From: an uncultured Bacillota bacterium
GTDB taxonomy: Bacteria > Bacillota_I > Bacilli_A > RF39 > UBA660
Length of the DNA stretch: 64,000 bases
Direction: 5' to 3'
NCBI GenBank assembly: GCA_946622285.1
Contig: CAMOPK010000001.1
Location: forward strand, 41,343-105,342
The translations under genes and the position numbers were made by a program. Below, piece after piece: positions 18,984-27,547 of this stretch (within the stretch, counting starts at the first letter, position 1; each line of letters starts with the position of its first letter). The notes beneath the pieces are model-generated. The model saw only the letters and a program-made list of their open reading frames with translations. It was not told where the DNA came from and ran no database searches.

Positions 18984-19823
18984 TTAAAGCTTATTTAAAA
19001 TATTATTTAATTCTATTCTCCAACGTTTTATATTATTATTGACAATATTATCATCGATTATTCCATATAGTTTCGCCCAGTTTTGAATTTCTTTTAAACT
19101 TAAAATTACTCCATCAATATATACTTCTTCATTATCAACGTTTAATTCATTAAGTATATCTAGTGAATGATTTACTTTACTAAACATTAAAAAGTATGTT
19201 AAATCATATAATTCAGGCATATAAGATATATATTCCCAGTCAATAAACTTAACTTCATTCTTATCTAGTATTATATTTGTTGGTATTAAATCACCATGAG
19301 CCATAACAATTTTTTTAGGTTTTTTAATTAAAACTCCATATAATGAAGTTATTTTAAGATAAGTATTCTTAGAAATAAATTTTTTTGCTTTTTCTAGATA
19401 TTTATCAAGTTTTTCTTTTCTATTATAATCATTATCCAAATCATAATTTAGTTTAATGTTTTTTATATTAAGAACACTTTTAGCAATACTTAATCTTTTA
19501 TCATGAGATAAATGTGTATTATAATCGTTTCTTTGAGTACTTAGGGTTTTACCATTTATTTTTTCTAATACTATTAAGCAGTATTCATTTGAGATAAAAG
19601 AATCAACCAATTTAGGTATTATTACATTATCTTGGTTATTTTCATATAATTTAATCTCTTTCACTAAATTATTAAAAAATAATTTGTCAGAGTTTTTACC
19701 TACTTTAGCAAAATATTTATCATTTATAATATTATCTCTTTGATTTTTTTCTAAAGTCTTCCCTATTTTAATAATATCTTTTTCATTAAAATATTTTCTT
19801 AATATAGAAATAATTTCATTCAT
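18984..19823 (-). CDS. Phosphotransferase enzyme family protein (APH/choline-kinase-like small-molecule kinase)
   Basis: Brenner motif HGDLIPTNIIL and IDWEY (Mg-binding D) are typical of the APH/ChoK fold. Confidence 0.6.
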   Translation of the reverse strand: MNEIISILRKYFNEKDIIKIGKTLEKNQRDNIINDKYFAKVGKNSDKLFFNNLVKEIKLYENNQDNVIIPKLVDSFISNEYCLIVLEKINGKTLSTQRNDYNTHLSHDKRLSIAKSVLNIKNIKLNYDLDNDYNRKEKLDKYLEKAKKFISKNTYLKITSLYGVLIKKPKKIVMAHGDLIPTNIILDKNEVKFIDWEYISYMPELYDLTYFLMFSKVNHSLDILNELNVDNEEVYIDGVILSLKEIQNWAKLYGIIDDNIVNNNIKRWRIELNNILNKL

Positions 19824-19851
19824 ATTATTTATTTCCTTCTCTATAATTTAA

Positions 19852-20619
19852 TTATCTTCTACTTCTATATTGAATTTCATCTTTTGCATCTATTCTTCTT
19901 GTAGATAAATCATAGGCTGCATTATTATCTCTTAATGTATAAATATTAGATAGAAGCACGCGGTCTAGAAGTTGAACTTTACCTTTTGATCTTTCTAATA
20001 ATTCTTGAATTTGATCTGATGTTACAGTTTCACCACGATCTAAAACAATGCTTGCATCTAAATCTTCAAATAGCATAATTCTATAGTCGTCACCACGATA
20101 GATTTTTCCACTTTGAAAAATTCTAGCAATTTCATCACTTTTAAAAAGCAAAAACCTTTGAGCGCCACCAGCTTGACAAATATGTATTGTATGTTTAGAT
20201 TGATCATACTTTTCAGTGTCATCTATTTCAAAAAAAGACTTTTTCAAAATATACAATAAATATGGCTTTCTTTGGGCTTTATTAGTGGTTAAAAAATCAT
20301 ATCCTTCATCAAGGCATATTTTAATCCAATATGACGTCAATAAAGAAGCTAATCCAAGAGAACGATATTCAGGCTTAACATATGTACCAATATAAGAACT
20401 TGTTCGCGTTTCAGGATCTAAATAAAAATATATATACCCCATGTTTTCATGATGACAATTACTAGCAGTATCTGTTCTATATATTTTTACAAAGTATTGA
20501 TCAACATTTCTATGTGTGAAAAATGTTTTTTCTAAACTAACTGTGTAATAACAAGTACTTGATATAGGAATATTATCAAATTCTATTCCCTTTTGCCCAT
20601 ATTCTACTTTACTTAGCAT
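19852..20619 (-). CDS. GNAT-like acetyltransferase domain protein with ~100-aa C-terminal extension
   Basis: YVKPEYRSLGLASLLTSYWIKICLDEGYDF resembles GNAT motif A. C-terminal part unknown. Confidence 0.4.
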   Translation of the reverse strand: MLSKVEYGQKGIEFDNIPISSTCYYTVSLEKTFFTHRNVDQYFVKIYRTDTASNCHHENMGYIYFYLDPETRTSSYIGTYVKPEYRSLGLASLLTSYWIKICLDEGYDFLTTNKAQRKPYLLYILKKSFFEIDDTEKYDQSKHTIHICQAGGAQRFLLFKSDEIARIFQSGKIYRGDDYRIMLFEDLDASIVLDRGETVTSDQIQELLERSKGKVQLLDRVLLSNIYTLRDNNAAYDLSTRRIDAKDEIQYRSRR

Positions 20620-20646
20620 ATTGATTTTCCTCCTTACATAATTATT

Positions 20647-21588
20647 TTAACCATTTATTTTTCTATGATAAAAACCTATTGTATCTTCTGTTTTAAATCC
20701 TGCTGCATTATAAAATTTTTTGCGCCAATCATAAGAATTAACATAGCATTTTTCAACACCTAATTCTTTACATCTTAGCATTACTCCATGCATCATAGCA
20801 GTTCCAATGCCTTTATGGCGATATTTTTCTCTAGTACTTACAGGTTCTACAAATGCTGTCTTTGATTCTTTATCAACATAAACAAAACAATATGAACATA
20901 CATTATTTCGTTCACTTGTCTTTTCATCAATTACCATGCATTCAAAGCTATCTTTATACATTGATGAATTCTTTCTTAAATTATAAGGGGCCATACCATT
21001 TCTATAATTTGGATTTTCTAAATCTGGATGAAAACCCAAATTACAAGCACTCCATTTATTATCTTCATCAGTATATTCATCACCATAAACTAGTCTATAT
21101 CCTGCTGGTAAATCTATTGAAACATTTGTTTCGGAAGGTAACACAAAGTTATCATAGTCTTCTTCTTGTTGTCTTGTATAACCAATTGATTCTAAATAAC
21201 TTCTTGGATAACCTAAACTATCATTTGCAATAACTAAAAAATCTATAGACCCATCATTATTTTTTTTAAATAATGGCTTGCAGTTTTCTTCAGCATAACT
21301 AACTATAGTTTTATATAAAACTTCATAGCCTTTTTTAATACTTATATATATAGCATCTCCATCAGGCAAAATACATCCAACTATTTTTCCGTCATCTTCC
21401 CATAGATAAATATAATTGTATGAATTAGGTTTTCCTGCATCTTTTTCTTGTGCTGTCATACGAAATATTAAATCATGTAATCTTTCAGGTAACCATGAAG
21501 TCATATTTCTATTATCTAAATATTGATTTCTAAGATAGTTTTCTAATCTTTTTAAATCTTTTTCTAAATCAAATCTTTTTGTTTCCAT
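20647..21588 (-). CDS. GNAT family N-acetyltransferase (two-domain)
   Basis: C-terminal VSTREKYRHKGIGTAMMHGVMLRCKELGVEKCYV is a canonical GNAT acetyl-CoA motif. Confidence 0.6.
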   Translation of the reverse strand: METKRFDLEKDLKRLENYLRNQYLDNRNMTSWLPERLHDLIFRMTAQEKDAGKPNSYNYIYLWEDDGKIVGCILPDGDAIYISIKKGYEVLYKTIVSYAEENCKPLFKKNNDGSIDFLVIANDSLGYPRSYLESIGYTRQQEEDYDNFVLPSETNVSIDLPAGYRLVYGDEYTDEDNKWSACNLGFHPDLENPNYRNGMAPYNLRKNSSMYKDSFECMVIDEKTSERNNVCSYCFVYVDKESKTAFVEPVSTREKYRHKGIGTAMMHGVMLRCKELGVEKCYVNSYDWRKKFYNAAGFKTEDTIGFYHRKING

Positions 21589-21595
21589 AATTACC

Positions 21596-21730
21596 TTCTT
21601 TCTAATATATAGACACTATCACAATGGGTTGTATCAGTGTCAGTGCTAAGTGCTCTAACCTTGTTTCAGTATCAGGAATATTTCTAATTTTGAAACTATC
21701 ATAGTTGTTTGCGTATTAGGAATAAGTCGC
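21596..21730 (-). pseudogene. Decayed duplicate of the 3' end of the rlmD/rumA-type methyltransferase gene (encodes ...THCDSVYILERR* vs intact ...NTCHCESVCLLEKR*)
   Basis: 21601-21627 aligns at ~80% identity to 22215-22243, and 21687-21709 to 22271-22295. In-frame it gives HCDSVYILERR-stop, closed by a TGA 22 codons upstream. Confidence 0.45.
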
Positions 21731-22207
21731 TTAACTCAAATAATTTTCTAATATATAAGCATATCCTCTATTAATTTTTCCATCATTTATTTTATTAATA
21801 ATTTCTTCCTTAGTATACCAATTGATGTTTACTACTTCATTAGTATCATATTCTATACTATCTATATCTATTTCATCTTCTATTAAATAAATATTAAAGA
21901 TGTAACTATTATATGGATATATAATTGTATCTAAATGCTCAACAGTAACATTTTCTAAATTAAGTTCTTCTTTTAATTCTCTTTTTAAACCAGTTAAACC
22001 ATCTTCTCCAGCAAGCACATGTCCTCCAGGGATAGCTAAAGTATTGTTACTACGAGCTGTTGCTTGCTCTAATAAATATTTGTTGTTATTTTTTATTAAT
22101 GCATAACTCATCATTACATAACAACCTTCTGGTATTTCATCTACTCTTCTTCTGATAGTTTTATTTAACTTATTAAAATTCTTATCATACAAATCTTCTA
22201 ATTCCAT
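21731..22207 (-). CDS. NUDIX hydrolase
   Basis: Nudix box GGHVLAGEDGLTGLKRELKEELNLE. Start probably MELEDLY (22207), 2 nt after the rlmD stop; the track's longer start would overlap rlmD by 40 nt. Confidence 0.8.
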   Translation of the reverse strand: MELEDLYDKNFNKLNKTIRRRVDEIPEGCYVMMSYALIKNNNKYLLEQATARSNNTLAIPGGHVLAGEDGLTGLKRELKEELNLENVTVEHLDTIIYPYNSYIFNIYLIEDEIDIDSIEYDTNEVVNINWYTKEEIINKINDGKINRGYAYILENYLS

Positions 22208-22209
22208 AA

Positions 22210-23427
22210 TTATCTCTTTTCTAATAAACAGACACTCTCGCAGTGACATGTATTAGGAAACATATCAACAGGAGTAACTTTTAAAACATTATAAGTTTCT
22301 TTTAAAGTACTTAAATCTCTTGCTAATGTTGCAACATCACAGGAAACATAAACTATTCTTGATGGATTTAGTTTTAGAATAGAATTGATTGTTTTTTTAT
22401 CTAATCCTCCTCTTGGTGGATCAACTATTAAAATATCAATGTCATCTTTTATTTTAGTTAAGAATTGATTGGCATTCATTGCATAAAATTCGATATTTTT
22501 AATATTGTTAACTTTTTTATTATAATTAGCATCTTTAATAGCATCTTCATTTATTTCAATTCCATATACTTTTTTAGCTTTATCAGATAAATATATTCCA
22601 ATTGTTCCTGTTCCACAATAAAGATCTAAAACATTTTCATTTCCTGTTAAGTTAGCATATTCTTTAACTCTATCATATAGTTTAATTGCTTGAAATGTAT
22701 TTACTTGAAAGAAAGATGATGGTGATATATAGAATACATAATCATTCATTTTCTCAGCTATATTTTTATTTCCTGCTTTATGAATATATTTATCTTTTAC
22801 TTTTACATAAACTGAACCAGATTTATCAAGTACACTAGTATCTATATTTTTAGTTGCTTCTATAATAATCATTTTTTCAAGTGTTTGTTTTGATACTTTA
22901 ATAGTTATATTAGTAATATATTCTAATTCTAGTTTTTTTAATTTTTTAATCAATTTGTTAATATTTAAATCACATATTAAACAGTTGTCTACTTTTACAA
23001 AATCATTAGTTCTTTTTTCAAAAAAACCAATGTCATTAGAAACATGAAATGTTATTTTATTACGATAGTTAAATATTTCATCTGAAGGAATAATTGCTTC
23101 TATTTTAGGTGAAATATTTGCAAATTTCTTTAATGTTGTTTTTACTTTATCCTTTTTAAACTCTAGTTGATTTTGATAATCCATATGCATTAAATCACAC
23201 CCACCACATACTTTATAGTATGGACAAGATGGTTCAACTCTTTTTGGACTTTTCTTTTTAATATTTATAGTTCTCGCTTCATAAAACTTCTTACTTTTTT
23301 TAGTAATTTCTACATCAACTATTTCACCTTTTAAGGCATTATCTACAAATGTAACTATATTATCAATTCTAGCTATTCCTCTTCCTTGAAAATCCATATC
23401 TGTAATTTTAACATCATTCATATTCAC
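22210..23427 (-). CDS. 23S rRNA (uracil-C5)-methyltransferase, RlmD/RumA family (TRAM + Fe-S + SAM MTase)
   Basis: N-terminal TRAM domain, Cys cluster CPYYKVCGGCDLMH, SAM motif VLDLYCGTGTIG, DPPRGG, nucleophile SCDVATLARD, family-typical C-terminus DMFPNTCHCESVCLL. Confidence 0.8.
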   Translation of the reverse strand: MNMNDVKITDMDFQGRGIARIDNIVTFVDNALKGEIVDVEITKKSKKFYEARTINIKKKSPKRVEPSCPYYKVCGGCDLMHMDYQNQLEFKKDKVKTTLKKFANISPKIEAIIPSDEIFNYRNKITFHVSNDIGFFEKRTNDFVKVDNCLICDLNINKLIKKLKKLELEYITNITIKVSKQTLEKMIIIEATKNIDTSVLDKSGSVYVKVKDKYIHKAGNKNIAEKMNDYVFYISPSSFFQVNTFQAIKLYDRVKEYANLTGNENVLDLYCGTGTIGIYLSDKAKKVYGIEINEDAIKDANYNKKVNNIKNIEFYAMNANQFLTKIKDDIDILIVDPPRGGLDKKTINSILKLNPSRIVYVSCDVATLARDLSTLKETYNVLKVTPVDMFPNTCHCESVCLLEKR

Positions 23428-23472
23428 ACCTCATTTTATATTATAACAAAATAAAAGATACTTTTGTATCTT

Positions 23473-25347
23473 TTATTTCAATATGTATAATTGATAACCA
23501 TATGTTTTACGACCAGTATCATATCCGGATATCATAAATCTTGATGTGTCACGATCCATACGTTCTAACTCACCATCATAAGAGTCAATTATAAGTAAAT
23601 CTTGTTCACTCATAGTTGATCCTGATGTTACTGACTTTTTATAGCCAACTACTGTTACATAGTGACGTGATGTTCCGGCTTTATTTCCATTTACATGGAT
23701 AACCATTGGTTGTCCAGCATTAATAAGTTCATATACCTTTTCTAAAACAACTTGTTTATCATCATTTTTAAATTCATGGAAACGACCAGCATACATATAT
23801 TTTGATGCTTCAGGTGCGCTCATTCCATTTATATTGTCACCATTATATAAGTTATATGCATGATAATATGCAAATGATAAACACATATCTGGATATCCTG
23901 GTGGATCATTCTGAGCAACTCTTAATCTCTTAACTGTCTTTGCAAATTCGACTGTATCATTTTTAGCTGCAACAAGTACATATTCTGTTGAATCAATGAC
24001 AGTTGAGCTTCCAGGTGGACGACCTGATACGGTTGGTTCTTCTTTAATTGTTACATCACATTTTAAAGTTGTTTCATTTCCTACTAAATCTTTTACTTTA
24101 ACAGAAACTGTAGTTGATTTTTGACTTGCTTTATAATTTGTTTCTTTCTTATATTCAGTTGCTGTTCCATCTAGTATATAACTATATCCAGCTATACCTT
24201 TATTGTCGCTTGCACTTACATCAACAACAGTGTTTGATCCTTGTACTAATGCTGAACATGTTCCTGATGGTGGAATATTATCGATGTTGTTAACATCAAT
24301 TTCCTTAATAATTTTATTTCCATATATATCTTGGATTGTAAATGAATATTTTCCATTATTTCTTACAGTTTGTTCATAGTGACGGCTTATTTCACTTACC
24401 GGTTTAATAATGCGGTCATAACCTTTACCTTTTATATCAAGAGATAATTTTACTTCTCGTGTTATTTCCTCTGTACTTTTTGATAAAGTTATATCTAAGT
24501 CTGCTTTATACTTTACGACTGTTATTGTACGTGTATCAATAGCAGTATTTCCTTTTGAATTAGTGACACTATATGTAATTGTATAAATAGCTGGTTTTTT
24601 GGTGTCAATTTTTTCAGGATTAGGTGATACTCGAACTTGACGACTTATTTTTCCATCTTCAAAGTCAATTGCCGTATATCCTTCTTCAACATATTTTTGA
24701 TTTACTTGAAGAACAATATTTTTGTCTCCCATTAAAGTCAACGTTGGATCTTCACGATTTTTAAGTGGAGTTACATTCTCGCCTTTATCGTTTTCAGTTA
24801 CAATGACAGTACGATAAACTGTTTCTTTTAAATCTCCATCATATACTTTATAACTAAGTGTATAAACACCTGGTTCAGTTCCAACCTTACCTGTAATTAC
24901 AACATCAGCATCTCTCGTTAAGGTGTAATTCTTTTCTTCATATACTTCACCTTTATTTAAGATAACAATGTCGCCGCCAAGCAAAGTAATATACTTAGTA
25001 CTCTTTAATTGTATAGTTGATTCATAATTGTCACACTTTAAATATGGTAAATAATTTATTTTACCATTTTCATTTTTAACAATTACACCACTTGCCTTAC
25101 TACAAAGTTCCGTTCCTTGAATGTCCCCAAGTTTTGTAATTGGAATGAAATCTTGATTAGTTATATTCATATTATTACTGGTAATATATTGTTTAGCTGC
25201 TAATATCATTTCACTCTCAATATCGTTATAACCTCTTTTACAACTCTTTAAAGCAAATAAAATGATAACAACTATTGCTAATAAAATAATATATTTTCCA
25301 TATTTGATTATACTTTTTAACTTATCTTCATCTTCTATTGAATTCAT
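23473..25347 (-). CDS. Membrane-anchored surface protein: N-terminal TM, tandem Ig-like (DUF5011-type) domains, C-terminal C39-like/YvpB-like cysteine peptidase domain
   Basis: Single N-terminal TM. Repeats of the pattern L.GD..I.L..G..Y.E.GY.A.D..DG.ISR. C-terminal Cys (DMCLSFAY) and His (SRHYVTVVGY) typical of Peptidase_C39_2. Confidence 0.5.
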   Translation of the reverse strand: MNSIEDEDKLKSIIKYGKYIILLAIVVIILFALKSCKRGYNDIESEMILAAKQYITSNNMNITNQDFIPITKLGDIQGTELCSKASGVIVKNENGKINYLPYLKCDNYESTIQLKSTKYITLLGGDIVILNKGEVYEEKNYTLTRDADVVITGKVGTEPGVYTLSYKVYDGDLKETVYRTVIVTENDKGENVTPLKNREDPTLTLMGDKNIVLQVNQKYVEEGYTAIDFEDGKISRQVRVSPNPEKIDTKKPAIYTITYSVTNSKGNTAIDTRTITVVKYKADLDITLSKSTEEITREVKLSLDIKGKGYDRIIKPVSEISRHYEQTVRNNGKYSFTIQDIYGNKIIKEIDVNNIDNIPPSGTCSALVQGSNTVVDVSASDNKGIAGYSYILDGTATEYKKETNYKASQKSTTVSVKVKDLVGNETTLKCDVTIKEEPTVSGRPPGSSTVIDSTEYVLVAAKNDTVEFAKTVKRLRVAQNDPPGYPDMCLSFAYYHAYNLYNGDNINGMSAPEASKYMYAGRFHEFKNDDKQVVLEKVYELINAGQPMVIHVNGNKAGTSRHYVTVVGYKKSVTSGSTMSEQDLLIIDSYDGELERMDRDTSRFMISGYDTGRKTYGYQLYILK

Positions 25348-25397
25348 ATTATCACCATTTTCATTATAGCAAAAAAAAAGATATTTTCATATCTTTT

Positions 25398-27254
25398 TTA
25401 ATGGCATACTGCAAAAGATTTTGTATCCCTTGTTTTCTTAATAATATCCTTATTAGCATCCCATGTCTTTTTAGTAACTTTTTCACTATATGGGTCATTT
25501 ACAGCTATTTTTCCATCAGCTGTAACACCTTTTAGAACTATATAGTGTCCAGTATAAATACCAAAGGCATTTTTACCAACAAATGCGATTATTGGTTGTC
25601 CACTTCTTAAAGTATCTTTTAAAGTTGCTTCGTTTAAACTCTTCCATTCACAACTAACACCATATTTAGCAGCTGCTTTTGTTAATGCGGCTTTACCAAA
25701 TCCATTTCCATGGAAATATCCTTGGGCAACCAAATCTTCAAATATTAATTGTGGATTCTGGCTAATATTTCCAGTTAAATATGCTACAACCATTGATACT
25801 GACGTTGGCCCACAACCAAATCCTTTTACTGTTGTTGTTCCACCATACCATTTTATTGGTTTAGTATACATTGTTTGATAGAATGTTGGTATATTCATGA
25901 TACCATTTGTCATGCTACCATGCCCTGTTACTTTATTAACTTGACACGTAAATGTTGCATTGTTTCCATATGTATCTGTTACTTGTACTTTTGCTACTTT
26001 TAAAACTTTAGATGTTGAATAATATGATGTTGTACCTTCTTTAGTTTCTCCATCAATTATAAAGTTGTATGCTCTTATACCACTTTTGTCAGTTGCATTT
26101 ACAAATACGTTTGATCCTGTTGGTGCAACTGATGCGATACAAGATCCTGTTGGAGGTGTAATATCAATTCCATTAACATCGACATCTCTTATATATACGT
26201 TATTATATGAATCATATACTGCAAAATGATATGTGTCATTTTTAGGTGCTTTATATGTTATACTCGTTTTTGTTTCCTTAGTGCCGTCAGGTAGTATTGT
26301 ATGACTATAACCAGAACCAGTTATATTAAGGGTTATTGCATATCCTTTAGTTTGTTTTTTAATTGATGATTCAATAACAACATCGCTTTTCTTTAAAACG
26401 ACTTTAATTGTTCTAGTTTTAGTTACTGTTACTCCCCTAGAGTTAGTTACACTATATGTTATGGTATAATCTCCAATTGCTTTTGTTATTCTACTATCTT
26501 CAACACTACTTGTTTTTTTTACTTGACGGCTTATTTTTCCATCAACATAATCGACTGCTTTATAACCTGGTTCTTCGTATCTTTCTCCTCTTTCGAGAAT
26601 CATTATAGTATCACCATATAATTTAAGCGTCGGTTCATTGCTGTTTGTAACGCCACTATTAGTAGTTTCTTTATCATATTCTGTAACAATTACTTTTCTT
26701 GTTACAACTTGTTTTTCTTTACCTTCATCGATTATACGATAGTTAATTGTATATATACCAGGAGTTCTTTCAACCTTACCTTCTGTTATGACTTCAATAA
26801 CATCATCGCTGTAGTAACCTTTTTCTTCATAAAGTTCTCCTGAGTTTAAAATAACAACAGGATCTCCAGATAAAGTAATATATTTTTCACTATTAGAAAC
26901 TAGCTTTGTTTCATAGTCATTGCACTTTAAATAAGCTTCATATTTATACTTGTTATTTTTATTTGAAACAATTACACCACTTGCATTACTACAAAGTTCA
27001 GCACCTTCTACTTCACCTAATATTCCAAGTGGAACATAATATTCTTCTCCTTCGGGTACTTTAACACTATATGTTGCAACATATTCTTTTGCTTTTTCTA
27101 TAACAGTACTTTCAACATCACTATAGGTTACAACATAATGACTTATAATTGCCCAGATAGGAATTATAGGCAACAAAAAGAGCACGTATTTTAAGCGTGA
27201 TATTATTTTTTCTCTCTTTTCTTCAAAATCAATGCTGCCTATACTATCTAGCAT
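25398..27254 (-). CDS. Paralogous membrane-anchored Ig-like repeat protein with C-terminal C39-like cysteine peptidase domain
   Basis: Same architecture as the downstream gene; GFGCGPTSVSMVVAYL (Cys) and GHYIVLKGV (His). Confidence 0.5.
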   Translation of the reverse strand: MLDSIGSIDFEEKREKIISRLKYVLFLLPIIPIWAIISHYVVTYSDVESTVIEKAKEYVATYSVKVPEGEEYYVPLGILGEVEGAELCSNASGVIVSNKNNKYKYEAYLKCNDYETKLVSNSEKYITLSGDPVVILNSGELYEEKGYYSDDVIEVITEGKVERTPGIYTINYRIIDEGKEKQVVTRKVIVTEYDKETTNSGVTNSNEPTLKLYGDTIMILERGERYEEPGYKAVDYVDGKISRQVKKTSSVEDSRITKAIGDYTITYSVTNSRGVTVTKTRTIKVVLKKSDVVIESSIKKQTKGYAITLNITGSGYSHTILPDGTKETKTSITYKAPKNDTYHFAVYDSYNNVYIRDVDVNGIDITPPTGSCIASVAPTGSNVFVNATDKSGIRAYNFIIDGETKEGTTSYYSTSKVLKVAKVQVTDTYGNNATFTCQVNKVTGHGSMTNGIMNIPTFYQTMYTKPIKWYGGTTTVKGFGCGPTSVSMVVAYLTGNISQNPQLIFEDLVAQGYFHGNGFGKAALTKAAAKYGVSCEWKSLNEATLKDTLRSGQPIIAFVGKNAFGIYTGHYIVLKGVTADGKIAVNDPYSEKVTKKTWDANKDIIKKTRDTKSFAVCH

Positions 27255-27263
27255 TTAAACACC

Positions 27264-27539
27264 CTAATCCTTCTTTAGTACAAAATATTTACAATCATAT
27301 GCACAATAATTTTTAATATATTCATCTTTGTTTTTAAAATCATTTATTTTATTAAATATTTTATTGTTTTTTTCACAAAAACCTTTGAGTCTTAATTTAC
27401 CATATGCCCAGTCTCCTACGAGGTAGTCATAACTATCATAAAACTCAGTCATACACTTTTTAGTTTCTTCATAATCAAAACCATCTTTATAGTTTTCAAT
27501 TAATTCATATTCGTGTTCATTAAGTATATATTTTTTCAT
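27264..27539 (-). CDS. YutD-family protein (DUF1027)
   Basis: 91 aa. DYLVGDWAYGKLRLKGFC and NYCAYDCKYFVLKK match the YutD signature as remembered. Confidence 0.5.
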   Translation of the reverse strand: MKKYILNEHEYELIENYKDGFDYEETKKCMTEFYDSYDYLVGDWAYGKLRLKGFCEKNNKIFNKINDFKNKDEYIKNYCAYDCKYFVLKKD

Positions 27540-27547
27540 AAAACCTC

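Noticed and set aside
21648-21660. 13-nt exact match (AAGTGCTCTAACC) to the D-arm of tRNA-Asn, considered as a second tRNA or tRNA fragment
   Set aside because: The surrounding sequence cannot form a cloverleaf: there is no T-arm GTTCGA and no acceptor pairing. It lies inside the decayed rlmD 3' remnant and is most likely coincidental or a tiny fragment.
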